Numbered from the stretch's first letter, positions 17,236 to 29,600 are shown. The stretch: DNA of 64,000 nucleotides from Longimicrobiales bacterium (GCA_036381255.1 DASVDG010000131.1:1670-65669), one strand, 5' to 3'. Notes: generated by a model not told the origin, from the sequence alone. Numbers and translations are program-made.

Positions 17236-18332
17236 GGGGTTTCGCGCGCGGCGCCTTCCTTGATGCACGCGGCGAACTGGCCGGACGCCATCCGGGTGAG
17301 GCGCGGGGTGGTGCGCACGCAGTCGGCATCCTTGAGGGGGTGGGGGCAGCGGGGGTGGAACGGGCAGCCGCGCGGCGGGGCGGCCGGGCTGGGCGGATCG
17401 CCGAGCAGCCGGGTGCGGCCGCCGTCGTGGGCGCGGGTGTCGGGGCGGTGTGCCGTGCCGCGCGGCCGGGCGACGGGGACGGCGGAGAGGAGCGCGCGGG
17501 TGTAGGGGTGGCCGGGCCGCTGGATGACGTCGCGTGCGTCGCCGATCTCGACGATGCGGCCGAGGTACATGACGGCGATGCGGTCGCTGACGTGCTCGAC
17601 GACGCTGAGGTCGTGGGCGATGAAGAGGTAGGCGAGGCCGAGGCGGGCCTGGAGGTCGCGGAGCAGGTTGAGCACCTGTGCCTGGACGGAGACGTCGAGT
17701 GCGGAGACGGGCTCGTCGCAGACGATGAATTCCGGCTCGACGGAGAGCGCGCGGGCGATGCCGACGCGCTGGCGCTGGCCGCCGCTGAATTCGTGGGGGT
17801 AGCGTCGAGCGTGGTCGGGATCGAGTCCGACGCGTTCGAGGAGCTCGTGGACGCGTCGTTCGGCGGCGGCGCCGCGCGCCAGGCCGTGTACGCGGAGCAC
17901 CTCGCGGAGCGCGTCGCCGACGGTCATGCGCGGGTTGAGCGAACCGAACGGGTCCTGGAACACGATCTGTGCGCGGCGCCGTAGCCGGCGCAGCTCCTGG
18001 TCGTCCATGCGGAAGATGTCGCGGCCGTCGAAGCGCGCGGTCCCGGCGGTCGGCTCGATGAGGCGGAGGATCGCGCGGCCGGTGGTCGTCTTGCCGGAGC
18101 CGGACTCGCCGACGAGGCCGAGCGTCTCGCCGCGGCGGATCCAGAACGAGACGTCGTCGACCGCGCGGACGTGGCCGGCCACGCGGCCGAACAGCCCTTT
18201 GCGGATCGGGAAGTATTTCTTGAGGCCGCGGACGTCGAGGAGCGCGTCCGGCGGCGCGGCCGGCCCGGCGGGCGAGCCGGCGCCGGACGCGTTCTCGTGC
18301 GCAGCGGGAATTCCGCGCTCGGCGTCGCTCAT
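17232..18332 (-). CDS. Peptide ABC transporter ATP-binding protein (OppF/DppF-like)
   Basis: Walker A (GESGSGKTT), signature (FSGGQRQR), Walker B ([12 protein letters not shown]) and the oligopeptide C-terminal domain are present. Confidence 0.9.
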   Translation of the reverse strand: MSDAERGIPAAHENASGAGSPAGPAAPPDALLDVRGLKKYFPIRKGLFGRVAGHVRAVDDVSFWIRRGETLGLVGESGSGKTTTGRAILRLIEPTAGTARFDGRDIFRMDDQELRRLRRRAQIVFQDPFGSLNPRMTVGDALREVLRVHGLARGAAAERRVHELLERVGLDPDHARRYPHEFSGGQRQRVGIARALSVEPEFIVCDEPVSALDVSVQAQVLNLLRDLQARLGLAYLFIAHDLSVVEHVSDRIAVMYLGRIVEIGDARDVIQRPGHPYTRALLSAVPVARPRGTAHRPDTRAHDGGRTRLLGDPPSPAAPPRGCPFHPRCPHPLKDADCVRTTPRLTRMASGQFAACIKEGAARETP

Positions 18333-19495
18333 CGCTCCACGTCCCTTTCGGTTTCGGGCTCGCCCATCATCGGCCGGGGCGGCGCCTCAGGCGGCGCGAC
18401 TTCCGGCGGCGGCGCCGCATGCTCGTCCGCCGCGCCGCGGTGCCAGCGCTCGGCGGGCGCGTCCGGGCGGCCCGCGCGGGTCCCTTCGTACGCGCCGGTC
18501 TCGCGCGCGACCTGCTCGCGTCGCTCCGGGTGCCGCTCCAGCCAGCAGCGCGAGGCGTGGTCGCCGTCGGCGCCGAAGAGGTCCGGCGCCGATTCGACGC
18601 ACAGATCCCAGCCGTACGGGCAGCGGGGGTGGAACCGGCAGGAGACGGGCCAGGCGGTCGGGTTCGGGACGGAGCCCGGGATCACGGCGAGCCGGTCGAC
18701 CGGCCGGCCGAGCCGGGGGATCGCCTTGAGCAGCCCCTCGGTGTACGGGTGCCGCGGATCGCGGAACAGCGCGTCGACATCCGCGCGCTCCATGACCTGG
18801 CCGGCGTACATGACGATGACCCGGTCGCAGACCTCGGCGACGACGCCGAGATCGTGGGTGATCAGGATCATCGCCATCCCGAGGCGCTCGCGCAGCTCCG
18901 CGAGCAGCTCGAGGATCTGGGCCTGGATCGTCACGTCGAGCGCCGTGGTCGGCTCGTCGGCGATCAGCAGCTCCGGCTCGCAGGAGATCGCCATCGCGAT
19001 CATGACCCGCTGTCGCATCCCGCCCGAGAGCTGGTGCGGGTACGCGTCGGCCCGCCGCTCCGGGTCCGCGATGCCGACCAGCCGCAGCAGCTCGACGGCG
19101 CGCGCCCGGGCGTCCCGCGCCCCCATCCCGCGATGGTGGCGCAGCGCCTCCGCGATCTGGTCGCCGACCGGGTAGACCGGGTTCAACGACGTCATCGGCT
19201 CCTGGAAGATCATCGCGATGTCGTTCCCCCGGATCCGCCGCATCTCCTCCTCCGGCAGCTCCAGCAGCTCCGCGCCCCGGAACCGGATCGAGCTGCCCGG
19301 CTGGATGCGGCCCGGCGGCTGCGGCACGAGCCGCATGAGCGACAGCGATGTCACCGACTTGCCGCTCCCGCTCTCGCCGACGATCCCGAGCACCTCTCCC
19401 TTCTCCACCTCGAACGACACGCCGTCCACCGCGCGGGCGACGCCGCCCTCGGTATCGAAGTAGGTGCGCAGATTTTCGACTTCGAGCAATGCCAT
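18329..19495 (-). CDS. Peptide ABC transporter ATP-binding protein (OppD/DppD-like)
   Basis: Starts at [13 protein letters not shown]. Walker A (GESGSGKSV), signature (LSGGMRQR) and Walker B ([12 protein letters not shown]) are present. 4-nt overlap with the downstream ATPase gene. The 702-aa ORF in the track is a 5' shadow extension. Confidence 0.9.
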   Translation of the reverse strand: MALLEVENLRTYFDTEGGVARAVDGVSFEVEKGEVLGIVGESGSGKSVTSLSLMRLVPQPPGRIQPGSSIRFRGAELLELPEEEMRRIRGNDIAMIFQEPMTSLNPVYPVGDQIAEALRHHRGMGARDARARAVELLRLVGIADPERRADAYPHQLSGGMRQRVMIAMAISCEPELLIADEPTTALDVTIQAQILELLAELRERLGMAMILITHDLGVVAEVCDRVIVMYAGQVMERADVDALFRDPRHPYTEGLLKAIPRLGRPVDRLAVIPGSVPNPTAWPVSCRFHPRCPYGWDLCVESAPDLFGADGDHASRCWLERHPERREQVARETGAYEGTRAGRPDAPAERWHRGAADEHAAPPPEVAPPEAPPRPMMGEPETERDVER

Positions 19496-19599
19496 GGGGC
19501 TCCTGTCGTCCAGCAGACTCCGCGCGCCGGCCGCGGCGTGCGAGCGGCGCCGGGCGGGCGGCGGGCCGCGCCACCCGACCCGCAGCCGGCGAGCCGCAT

Positions 19600-20829
19600 T
19601 CAGGACCGCAGACGCGGGTCCAGCGCGTCCCGCAGGCCGTCGCCCAGCAGGTTGAACGCGAGTACGGTCACCACGATCGTGAGGCCGGGGAACGTGGCGA
19701 CCCACCAGGCGCTGATCAGCGTCTCGCGGCCGTCGGCGACCATGTTGCCCCACGTCGGCGTGGGCGGCGCGACGCCGAGCCCGAGGAACGAGAGCCCGGC
19801 TTCGAGCACGATCGTGTTGCCGATGCCGAGCGTCGCGGCGACGATCACGGGCGCGATCACGTTCGGTACGAGGTGCCGCAGGATGATGCGGGACCGGCTG
19901 AACCCCAGCGCGCGGGCGGCGGTCACGAACTCGCGCTCTCGCAGACTCAGCACCTCGCCCCGCACGATCCGGGCGGTGCCCGGCCACTGCGTCAACCCGA
20001 GCACGGTGATGATGAGCACGAGGCTCGGGCTGAACAACGCGATGATCATGATCAGGAGGACGAGGCGCGGGAACGCGAGCACCATGTCCGTGAAGCGCAT
20101 GATCGCGGCGTCGACGCGGCCGCCGATGTAGCCGGCGATCGCGCCGAGAAGCGTCCCGATCGTGATCGCGATGGCGACGGCGACGAACGCGATCGAGAGC
20201 GACATGCGCGCGCCGAAGATGATGCGGCTGAGCACGTCGCGCCCGAACCGGTCGGTGCCGAGCGGGTGCGCCGCCGAAGGCGGCAGGAATCCGGTCCGCA
20301 CGATGTCCTGCTGCGCGATCGGATCGTAGGGCGCGATCAACGGCGCCAGCAGTGCGATGAGGTAGAGGAGCCCGATGATGGCGAGCCCGGTCATCGCGAG
20401 CCGGTCGCGGCGGAGCAGGCGCGCGGCGATGCGCCACTGCGAGTCGCCGCCGGGCGCGGCGCGGCGCGGGCGGGCCCGGAGATCGCGCAACGCGCGGAAC
20501 CAGACGGCCGCGAGCGCGAGCGCGAGCGTCGCCACGGCGACGTAGTCGTCGAGCGAGCCGTCGCGGGCGACGGCGGCGATGCGGTCACCGGCGAAGACGG
20601 CGACGGCGAGGAGCGCGCCCCAGGCGAGGAGCAGGAGCATGCCGCGGCCCCAGGCACCGATGAGGAGGTGGCCGCTCCCCGGCAGGACGACGGAGAGGAG
20701 GCGGGCGAGCGCCGGCGCCTCCGCCGGCGGCTCGAGGCCGTAGGCGCCCTCCTCCTCCGCCGGCACCGGGACCGGCTCCGGCGGCATCGACTCGGCATCG
20801 CCGATCAGGTGTCGGTGTGGTTCCGCCAT
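19600..20829 (-). CDS. Peptide ABC transporter permease (OppC/DppC-like) with ~110-aa N-terminal extension
   Basis: The C-terminal 290 aa match BPD_transp_1 permeases ([34 protein letters not shown]). The N-terminal extension has two extra hydrophobic segments. Confidence 0.85.
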   Translation of the reverse strand: MAEPHRHLIGDAESMPPEPVPVPAEEEGAYGLEPPAEAPALARLLSVVLPGSGHLLIGAWGRGMLLLLAWGALLAVAVFAGDRIAAVARDGSLDDYVAVATLALALAAVWFRALRDLRARPRRAAPGGDSQWRIAARLLRRDRLAMTGLAIIGLLYLIALLAPLIAPYDPIAQQDIVRTGFLPPSAAHPLGTDRFGRDVLSRIIFGARMSLSIAFVAVAIAITIGTLLGAIAGYIGGRVDAAIMRFTDMVLAFPRLVLLIMIIALFSPSLVLIITVLGLTQWPGTARIVRGEVLSLREREFVTAARALGFSRSRIILRHLVPNVIAPVIVAATLGIGNTIVLEAGLSFLGLGVAPPTPTWGNMVADGRETLISAWWVATFPGLTIVVTVLAFNLLGDGLRDALDPRLRS

Positions 20830-20839
20830 GGCCGGCCCC

Positions 20840-21823
20840 TCAATCGTACCGGATGCGCGGGTCGACGGCCGCGTAGAGCAGGTCCGCGACGAGGCTGCCC
20901 AGGACGACCATCCCCGCGAAGAAGAAGCTGGTCGCCATGACGACGGGGTAATCGCGCTCGAAGATGGCCTCGACGATGACGCGGCCCATCCCGGGCCAGG
21001 CGAAGATGACCTCGACGAAGACGGCGCCGCTGAAGAGGAACGGCAGGTAGAGGCCGAGCAGCGTGATCACGGGGATCAGCGAGTTGCGGAGCGCGTGCTT
21101 GAGGATCACGGTGCGTTCCGGCAGCCCCTTCGCCCGGGCGGTGCGGATGTAGTCCTGGCGCACGACTTCGAGCATCTGGCCGCGCGTGTAGCGCGCGATC
21201 CCCGCGGCGAGCACGAGCGTCAGCGTGGCCACGGGGAGGACCATGTGCGCGAGCCGGTCGACGATGCGCTCGCCGAGCGGGAGGTAGTCGTACTCGATGC
21301 TCGTGACGCCGGTGGGCGGCAGCGAGATCGGCCACCCCCACTCGTAGGCCTTCAGCGCGAAGACGAGCATCAGCATGAGCCCGAGCCAGAACGACGGCAT
21401 CGAGTAGAAGAACAGCGAGGTGACGCTGAGCGAGCGGTCGAGCGCGGAATGCTGGCGCACGGCCTGGAGCACGCCGACCGCGATCCCGAGCAGGAAGACC
21501 AGGACCAGCGACGCGCCGGCGAGGATGAGCGTGTTGGGCAGCGCGTCCAGGATGACGTCGATCACCGGCCGGCTCTGGCCGAAGGAGTAGCCGAAGTTGC
21601 CGGTCATGAAGGAGCCGATCCACCGGATGTACTGGATGTGGAGCGGCTGGTCGAGTCCGAAGTTGCGGCGGAGCTGCTCGATGACCTCCGGTGAGACGCC
21701 CGGGCTGACGTAGTACGCGGTCGGATCGCCGGGCGCCAGGTGCAGCACCGCGAAGATGAGCGTGGCGACGCCGAGCAGCAGCGGGATCGCGCCGAGAACG
21801 CGTCGGATCAGGTAGGCGGTCAT
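20840..21823 (-). CDS. Peptide ABC transporter permease (OppB/DppB-like)
   Basis: MTAYLIRRVLGAIPLLLGVATLIFAVLHLAPGDP is the typical OppB N-terminus. The EAA-loop region is present. Confidence 0.9.
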   Translation of the reverse strand: MTAYLIRRVLGAIPLLLGVATLIFAVLHLAPGDPTAYYVSPGVSPEVIEQLRRNFGLDQPLHIQYIRWIGSFMTGNFGYSFGQSRPVIDVILDALPNTLILAGASLVLVFLLGIAVGVLQAVRQHSALDRSLSVTSLFFYSMPSFWLGLMLMLVFALKAYEWGWPISLPPTGVTSIEYDYLPLGERIVDRLAHMVLPVATLTLVLAAGIARYTRGQMLEVVRQDYIRTARAKGLPERTVILKHALRNSLIPVITLLGLYLPFLFSGAVFVEVIFAWPGMGRVIVEAIFERDYPVVMATSFFFAGMVVLGSLVADLLYAAVDPRIRYD

Positions 21824-21868
21824 CGAGGGTCCGGGCCCGGGTTCCTGCTTCGGCCGTGACTCCGGCCG

Positions 21869-23533
21869 CTAGCGCCCGCCGCCGGGCAGCGACCACTCCG
21901 CGATGCTGACGAGCTCGCCGCGCGGGTCCATGACCACGCCCTGCACGTTGCGCCGCGCCGCCGCGAGCTCGTTCAGCCAGAACATGAAGGTGAACGGCTG
22001 GTCCTCGTTCAACAGCTCGGCGAACTCGCGCCAGATGCGGCGGGCCTCGGCGGGGTCGGTCGCCGCGGCGCCGGCCTCGATCAACCGGTCGGCGCGCGGA
22101 TTCGCGTACGCACTGCGGTTCGCCGAGCGCGGCACATCGGCCCAGCGGGAGTGGAACAGCGCCATCGGCGCGGATGCGACCTGGAAGTTGTCGAGGACCC
22201 AGCTCGTGAAGACGGCGTCGAAGTCGCGGGCGCGGTGCTGGGCGAGCATCGTCTGGAACTCGACGACGCGGACCTCCGCGGCCACGCCGACCTCGCGGAG
22301 CTGCGCCTGCACCGCCTCGACGATGGAGCGGTTCAGCGGCGCGTCGCTCGTCATGAGCGAGAAGCGGAGCGACGCGCCTCGAGCGTTCTCGCGGATGCCG
22401 TCGCCGTTGCGGTCGACCCAGCCGGCGTCCTCGAGCAGCGCGGCGGCGCGCGCCGGATCGTGGGGGAGCGGCTCGACGTCCGGGTCCAGCGGGCTCCACG
22501 GCGGGATCGGGCTGACCGCGGGCGTGCCGTAGCCGACGAGGAGCGCCTGGATGATCTCCGGCCGATCGATCGCCAGCGTCATCGCGCGCCGCACGGTCGC
22601 GTCCGTGAACGGCGGCCGGCGGTTGTTCCACCCGATGTAGTAGAAGGTGCGCCCCGGGAAGGCGAAGAGCTCCAGCGCGTCGTCGGCCTCGATCCGCTCC
22701 GCCTGGTCCGGGAAGACCGGGATGTCCACCTGCACGCCGCCGGTCAACAGCTCGGCCAGCATCGTCGGCGCCTCCGGGATGACCCGGAAGAAGATGCGGT
22801 CCGGCAGCGGCGGCCCGCCGAGCGCCTCGGGGAACGCGTCGTTCCGCTCGATCACCAGCAGCTCGTTCGCGCGCCGCTCGACGAAACGGTACGGCCCGCT
22901 GCCGACCGGCCGGAGGTTGAACGGCGCGGTCCGGAGCTGGTCGGGCGGCACGTTTTCGAGCAGGTGCTTCGGCATCGGCGCCCACCAGAAGTCCTCGATC
23001 GCCTGGGCGTGCGGCCGCACGAAGTCGAAGCGGATCGTGTACGGATCGACGACCGTCGCGCTCTCGACCTGCGACAGATACGCCGAGGCGAGGAGCGAGG
23101 CGGTGACCGGGTCCTTCGCCAGGTCGAACGTGAACTTCACGTCCTCGGCCGTGACCGGCCGGCCGTCGTGCCAGCGCACGTCCCGCCGCAAGCGGAACAC
23201 GATCGCGGTGTCGCCGAGCATCTGCCACGACTCCGCCAGGTACGGCCGCACCTCGAAGTCTTCGTCGTACTGGATGAGCGGGGTGAAGAGCGCGTACTTG
23301 ATCAGCTCGTCGGTGTAGATGTCCGTGTTGACCACGGAATTGAACGCGCCGAAGTCCGTGCGCATCCCGACGACGATGCTCCCGCCGCGGGCGCGTCCGC
23401 CTTCGGCGGCGCCGGGCTCGTCGCGGCGGCAGCCGGCGAGCGCCGCCAGCAGGACGAGACACGCCGCCGCGGCGCCGCGGAGGCCGGAAATCCGTCGCAC
23501 GTCAAGCCGAAGCATCCACCCCTCCGATCCCAT
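21869..23533 (-). CDS. ABC transporter substrate-binding lipoprotein, family 5 (peptide/nickel)
   Basis: Lipobox (LLAALAGC) and SBP_bac_5-like sequence throughout. The start may be the second Met (23515). Confidence 0.85.
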   Translation of the reverse strand: MGSEGWMLRLDVRRISGLRGAAAACLVLLAALAGCRRDEPGAAEGGRARGGSIVVGMRTDFGAFNSVVNTDIYTDELIKYALFTPLIQYDEDFEVRPYLAESWQMLGDTAIVFRLRRDVRWHDGRPVTAEDVKFTFDLAKDPVTASLLASAYLSQVESATVVDPYTIRFDFVRPHAQAIEDFWWAPMPKHLLENVPPDQLRTAPFNLRPVGSGPYRFVERRANELLVIERNDAFPEALGGPPLPDRIFFRVIPEAPTMLAELLTGGVQVDIPVFPDQAERIEADDALELFAFPGRTFYYIGWNNRRPPFTDATVRRAMTLAIDRPEIIQALLVGYGTPAVSPIPPWSPLDPDVEPLPHDPARAAALLEDAGWVDRNGDGIRENARGASLRFSLMTSDAPLNRSIVEAVQAQLREVGVAAEVRVVEFQTMLAQHRARDFDAVFTSWVLDNFQVASAPMALFHSRWADVPRSANRSAYANPRADRLIEAGAAATDPAEARRIWREFAELLNEDQPFTFMFWLNELAAARRNVQGVVMDPRGELVSIAEWSLPGGGR

Positions 23534-23542
23534 CGGGTCCGA

Positions 23543-24334
23543 TCATCGTCGCCACGTCCATTCCTCCGACCGGAAACGGGCCAGGAGAGCACGGGCGCGG
23601 TCCGCGACCGCCGCTTCGAGCGCGCCGTCCTCGAGCCGGACGCCGAGCGCGTCCTCGAAGCCGCCGCGGACCGCGGCGACCAGCGTGTCCCAGGGCGGCA
23701 CGCGGCCGAGGATGGCGTCGAGGGCGACGACGCCGGCGGACGCGCCGCGGTCCGGCGCCGCGAGCAGCTCCGCCGCCTCCCGCTGGTCGCCCGCCAGAAG
23801 CAGCGAGCCGTGCTGGAGCAGCGTGCGCCGCTCGGCGCGCTGCGCGCTCCCGACCAGCTTGCGCCCACCCACCACCACCTCGCCCGGCGCGGCGACGTCG
23901 AAACACGGCGCCGCCCAGTCCGCCCCGCGGCGCCGCCCACCGCGCACCGGCGGCTCCGGCGCGACCTCCGCCGGCACGCCCAGCCGCCGGAGCCCCGCGA
24001 CCAGCGCACGATTGATCGCGCGATACGTCTCGCGCGGCGAGCCCAGCACGCCCACGGGGACCACGACCGCGTAGGTCAGCTCCCGGTCGTGGTAGACCGC
24101 CATCCCCCCGGTCGGCCGCCGAACCACGTGGATGCCGCGAGCCGACGCGGCGGTCGCAACTTCGGGGCCAGGCACAGGCTGGTTGCGGCCGAACGACAGG
24201 CACGGCGGCTCCCAACGATACAGGCGGAGGACCGGCCCGCCCCCCGCCTGCACGCGCTCCAGCAGCGCCTGGTCCACCGCCATGTTCTCGGCGCCCGTAC
24301 GGGGTCGCTCGTCCGCGATCAGCCGCCAGTGCAT
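23543..24334 (-). CDS. Lipoate-protein ligase / octanoyltransferase family protein (catalytic BPL_LplA_LipB domain only, LipM/LipL-like)
   Basis: The N-terminus reads ENMAVDQALLERV...LRLYRWEPPCLSFGRNQ. At 263 aa it lacks the LplA C-terminal accessory domain. It sits directly downstream of gcvP. Confidence 0.75.
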   Translation of the reverse strand: MHWRLIADERPRTGAENMAVDQALLERVQAGGGPVLRLYRWEPPCLSFGRNQPVPGPEVATAASARGIHVVRRPTGGMAVYHDRELTYAVVVPVGVLGSPRETYRAINRALVAGLRRLGVPAEVAPEPPVRGGRRRGADWAAPCFDVAAPGEVVVGGRKLVGSAQRAERRTLLQHGSLLLAGDQREAAELLAAPDRGASAGVVALDAILGRVPPWDTLVAAVRGGFEDALGVRLEDGALEAAVADRARALLARFRSEEWTWRR

Positions 24335-24377
24335 GGTCGCTACGCCAGGCGCGCCCTCGCGGCCGCCACCGCGCCGC

Positions 24378-27272
<2,895 letters not shown>

Positions 27273-27455
27273 TCGTGTCTGCCCCAGAAACGTAAAACGG
27301 GCGGCCTGCCGCGCCCGCCCTTGTGCTGCCCACGCCGCCCCGTGGATACCCCGGCCGGGACGCAAATTTCCACGCGCCGGAGGCGCGGGACCACGACTCC
27401 CCGCGCCCCGGGCGGGTCACGCGGTGCGGCGCGCGCCGGCCGCGTGCGGCCGGCC

Positions 27456-28151
27456 TCAGAATTCGTAGCTCCGGCCGGGCTCCAGGACCACGGTCTCCGC
27501 CCGGTCGCCGACCATCCGCGCGAAGCTCTGCGGGTCCTGGCGGATCAGGTCGAACGTGTTGTAGTGCATCGGGATCACGACGCCGGGCTCGATGAATTCG
27601 ACGGCGCGAGCGGCGTCCTCCGGCCCCATTGTGAAGTTGTCGCCGATCGGCAGGAGCGCGACGTCGACCCTGCCCTTCAGCAGCTGCATCTCCACGATCA
27701 GCGCCGTGTCCCCGGCGTGATACAGCCGCTTCCCCTTCAGATCGAGCCAGAAGCCGCCGGGCACCGTCGTGTAGATCCCCTCGGTGTCGCCGGCGACCTG
27801 CCCGCCGTGCAGCGCGGGCGTCATCTTCGCGTAGCCGAACGAGAACGCGTGCCCGCCGCCGATGTGCAGCGCGTGCGTGTTCTTCACGCCCTGCGACTCC
27901 GCGAACGACACGATCTCGAACGTCGAGACGAGCAGCGCGCCGGTCTTCCGGGCGAGCGCGATCGCGTCGCCGAAGTGATCGAAATGGCCGTGGCTGACGA
28001 GGATGAAGTCCAGCTCGTCGACCTGATCGGTCCCGATGTCCGCGACCGGGTTGTCGTCCAGCCACGGATCGAACATGATCCGCGAGCCCTCGTCCGTCTC
28101 CAGCGTGAAGCAGGAGTGGCCGTGCCAGGTCAGTCGTGCCATTGCGCTCAC
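27456..28151 (-). CDS. UPF0173-type metal-dependent hydrolase (MBL fold)
   Basis: MARLTWHGHSCFTLE...FILVSHGHFDHFGDA carries the HxHxDH-like motif. Confidence 0.8.
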   Translation of the reverse strand: MSAMARLTWHGHSCFTLETDEGSRIMFDPWLDDNPVADIGTDQVDELDFILVSHGHFDHFGDAIALARKTGALLVSTFEIVSFAESQGVKNTHALHIGGGHAFSFGYAKMTPALHGGQVAGDTEGIYTTVPGGFWLDLKGKRLYHAGDTALIVEMQLLKGRVDVALLPIGDNFTMGPEDAARAVEFIEPGVVIPMHYNTFDLIRQDPQSFARMVGDRAETVVLEPGRSYEF

Positions 28152-28215
28152 CCTCCGCTGAGAACGGCAGGCGGGCGCCGCACCGTGCGACGATCCCGGC
28201 CGGCCGGGAGCAGGG

Positions 28216-28608
28216 TCAGGATTCGCCGATGTGGTCGGCGTACGCCGCTTCGTCGAGGAGCTCGTCCAGCTCCCCGGGGTCGGTGACCCGGAGCTTGATC
28301 AGCCAGCCCTCGCCGTAGGGATCCCGGTTCACGAGGGACGGGTCGGCGTCGAGCGCGTCGTTGACCTCGACGACCTGGCCCGAGGCCGGGCAGTAGAGAT
28401 CGCTGACCGCCTTGACCGCTTCCACGGTCCCGAACACCTCCATCTTCCGGAACTCGTCGCCGACCTTCGGCAGCTCGACGTAGACGATGTCGCCCAGCTC
28501 GCCCTGGGCGTAGTCGGTGATGCCGACGGTGTAGACGGATTCCTCCTCCGTCGGCTTGAGGTACTCGTGCTCCTCGGAGTACAGCAGCTCTGCCGGGATC
28601 TCCGACAT
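28216..28608 (-). CDS. gcvH: Glycine cleavage system H protein
   Basis: 130 aa. The lipoyl-lysine motif is in VEAVKAVSDLYCPASG, and the N-terminus reads YSEEHEYLK. Confidence 0.95.
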   Translation of the reverse strand: MSEIPAELLYSEEHEYLKPTEEESVYTVGITDYAQGELGDIVYVELPKVGDEFRKMEVFGTVEAVKAVSDLYCPASGQVVEVNDALDADPSLVNRDPYGEGWLIKLRVTDPGELDELLDEAAYADHIGES

Positions 28609-28650
28609 CGTTCCTCCATCGCCTCTTTCGGATCCGGGGTCAGCGCGGTG

Positions 28651-28679
28651 AGAATAGACGAGGCGCCGCCGAGCGTCAA
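28651..28679 (-). promoter_or_regulatory. gcvH promoter
   Basis: On the minus strand: TTGACG (28679-28674), 17-nt spacer, TATTCT (28656-28651). GGAGGA Shine-Dalgarno before the ATG. Confidence 0.5.
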
Positions 28680-28698
28680 GCCCGCGCGGGCGCGGGCA

Positions 28699-28953
28699 TC
28701 ACGGGGATTCTTCGGCGTCGGCGCCGCCCGCCCCGGCGAGCTCGCGGAACGCGCTCAGACGACGGAGCACATCGGCGAGGCGATGCAGCTCGGACTCGAC
28801 GACGCCGAGCGTTTCCCGGACCTCCGGATCCGTGATGGCCGGGTCGTCGAGCAGGAGCTGGACGTGGCCGAGCGCCGCCGTGAGTGGATTGTTCGCGTCG
28901 TGCCGCACGGCGCGGACCAGTTGCAGCGCGTGCGCCCACCGTGCCTCATCCAT
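28699..28953 (-). CDS. Stand-alone histidine-kinase DHp (HisKA-like) mini-protein, 84 aa
   Basis: Reads MDEARWAHALQLVRAVRHDANNPLTAALGHVQLLL. The H-box (H-D-x-x-N-P-L) is followed by a second helix. No sensor or ATPase domain is present. GGAG lies 7 nt upstream of the ATG. The longer 176-aa ORF in the track has a junk-like Arg/Pro N-terminus. Confidence 0.6.
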   Translation of the reverse strand: MDEARWAHALQLVRAVRHDANNPLTAALGHVQLLLDDPAITDPEVRETLGVVESELHRLADVLRRLSAFRELAGAGGADAEESP

Positions 28954-29061
28954 CGGGATCTCCAGGGCAGGACCGGGTGCGACCTCGAGGTACGGGCCCG
29001 GGCGCCTCGGCATCCCCGCGCGGCGCGGGGAATGCCACCCGGACGGGTGCGACCGGCCGCA

Positions 29062-29091
29062 AGTATACGGCGCGCCCGGGACGCGGATCAA
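29062..29091 (-). promoter_or_regulatory. Candidate promoter of the DHp mini-protein gene
   Basis: On the minus strand: TTGATC (29091-29086), 18-nt spacer, TATACT (29067-29062). The predicted ~100-nt leader contains the hairpin at 29009-29036. Confidence 0.45.
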
Positions 29092-29266
29092 GTCGGGATC
29101 CGGCCGGCCCACTCGTTGCGGAACCTTGGATGGTGCGCTGGAGTATGTGAGTCGACCGTGCCATCCGGCGCGGCCTGGGCCGCCGGCGCCGACCACCAGG
29201 AGGCGGCGACGGTGGACCGCGGGACGCACGAGCCCGCTGGTGTCCAGCCCGATCGTTCATTCAACG

Positions 29267-29342
29267 AAGGAGGTGATCCTTGTCCAGTCCGAGTACCCTG
29301 CGCAACTTGACACGGGCAAGCGATCGCCGTATCGGCGCCTAG
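29267..29342 (+). other. Extended Shine-Dalgarno (AAGGAGGTGATC) plus 20-codon sORF (TTG 29280 to TAG 29342)
   Basis: Positions 29267-29278 are a 12-nt perfect complement of the 16S rRNA 3' tail. TTG follows 1 nt after this 12-mer (6 nt after the GGAGG core). The peptide reads MSSPSTLRNLTRASDRRIGA. Coding status is unproven. Confidence 0.3.
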
Positions 29343-29416
29343 CCGACGCGAAGCGGTTCACGTCCGCACCGACGAGTGCCGACACGGCATCGCGTCAGGT
29401 TCGCGGAAGCCCCTAC

Positions 29417-29450
29417 GGCGCCGCCGGGAACTCCGGCGGCGCCGCTTTTG
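29417..29450 (+). terminator. Intrinsic terminator of an unannotated plus-strand transcript
   Basis: 11-bp all-GC stem GGCGCCGCCGG / CCGGCGGCGCC with 5-nt loop GAACT, followed by GCTTTTG. There is no T-tract on the opposite strand. Confidence 0.65.
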
Positions 29451-29600
29451 TATGCCGGCGCGGCAGGGCCCGTGATCTGCGGGGTGGTGTGCGACGCCGC
29501 GGGATGGCCGAGGCTGGCCCGGCACGACGGCGCGCCCTAACTTTCCGCCGCGTGCTATCGTGATGACGCGAACGCAAACGAGAATGAAGGAGTTTGTCCG

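Noticed and set aside
27273-27455. A possible glycine riboswitch in the gcvP leader. The same check was made for the gcvH leader (28609-28698).
   Set aside because: I could not find the conserved aptamer core sequences by eye. I saw only a GGGCGG...CCGCCC hairpin followed by GTTTTAC close to the start codon. The gcvH leader is too short (about 45 nt from the predicted promoter). A covariance-model search would be decisive.
29264-29282. The minus strand reads GGATCACCTCCTT, identical to the 3' end of 16S rRNA, raising the possibility of an rRNA gene fragment.
   Set aside because: The sequence upstream of it on the minus strand (…GGTACTCGGACTGGACAAG) does not continue the conserved 16S 3' region (…GTAACAAGGTAACC…GGCTG). 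No other rRNA-like sequence is nearby. It is more simply read as a plus-strand extended Shine-Dalgarno.
28832-29563. A 243-aa plus-strand ORF, and the shorter GTG-29274 version of about 97 aa, filling the 650-bp gap.
   Set aside because: The sequence is Arg/Gly/Pro-rich and motif-free, and its third-position GC is visibly lower than in real genes here. The frame also runs straight through the strong intrinsic terminator at 29417-29450.
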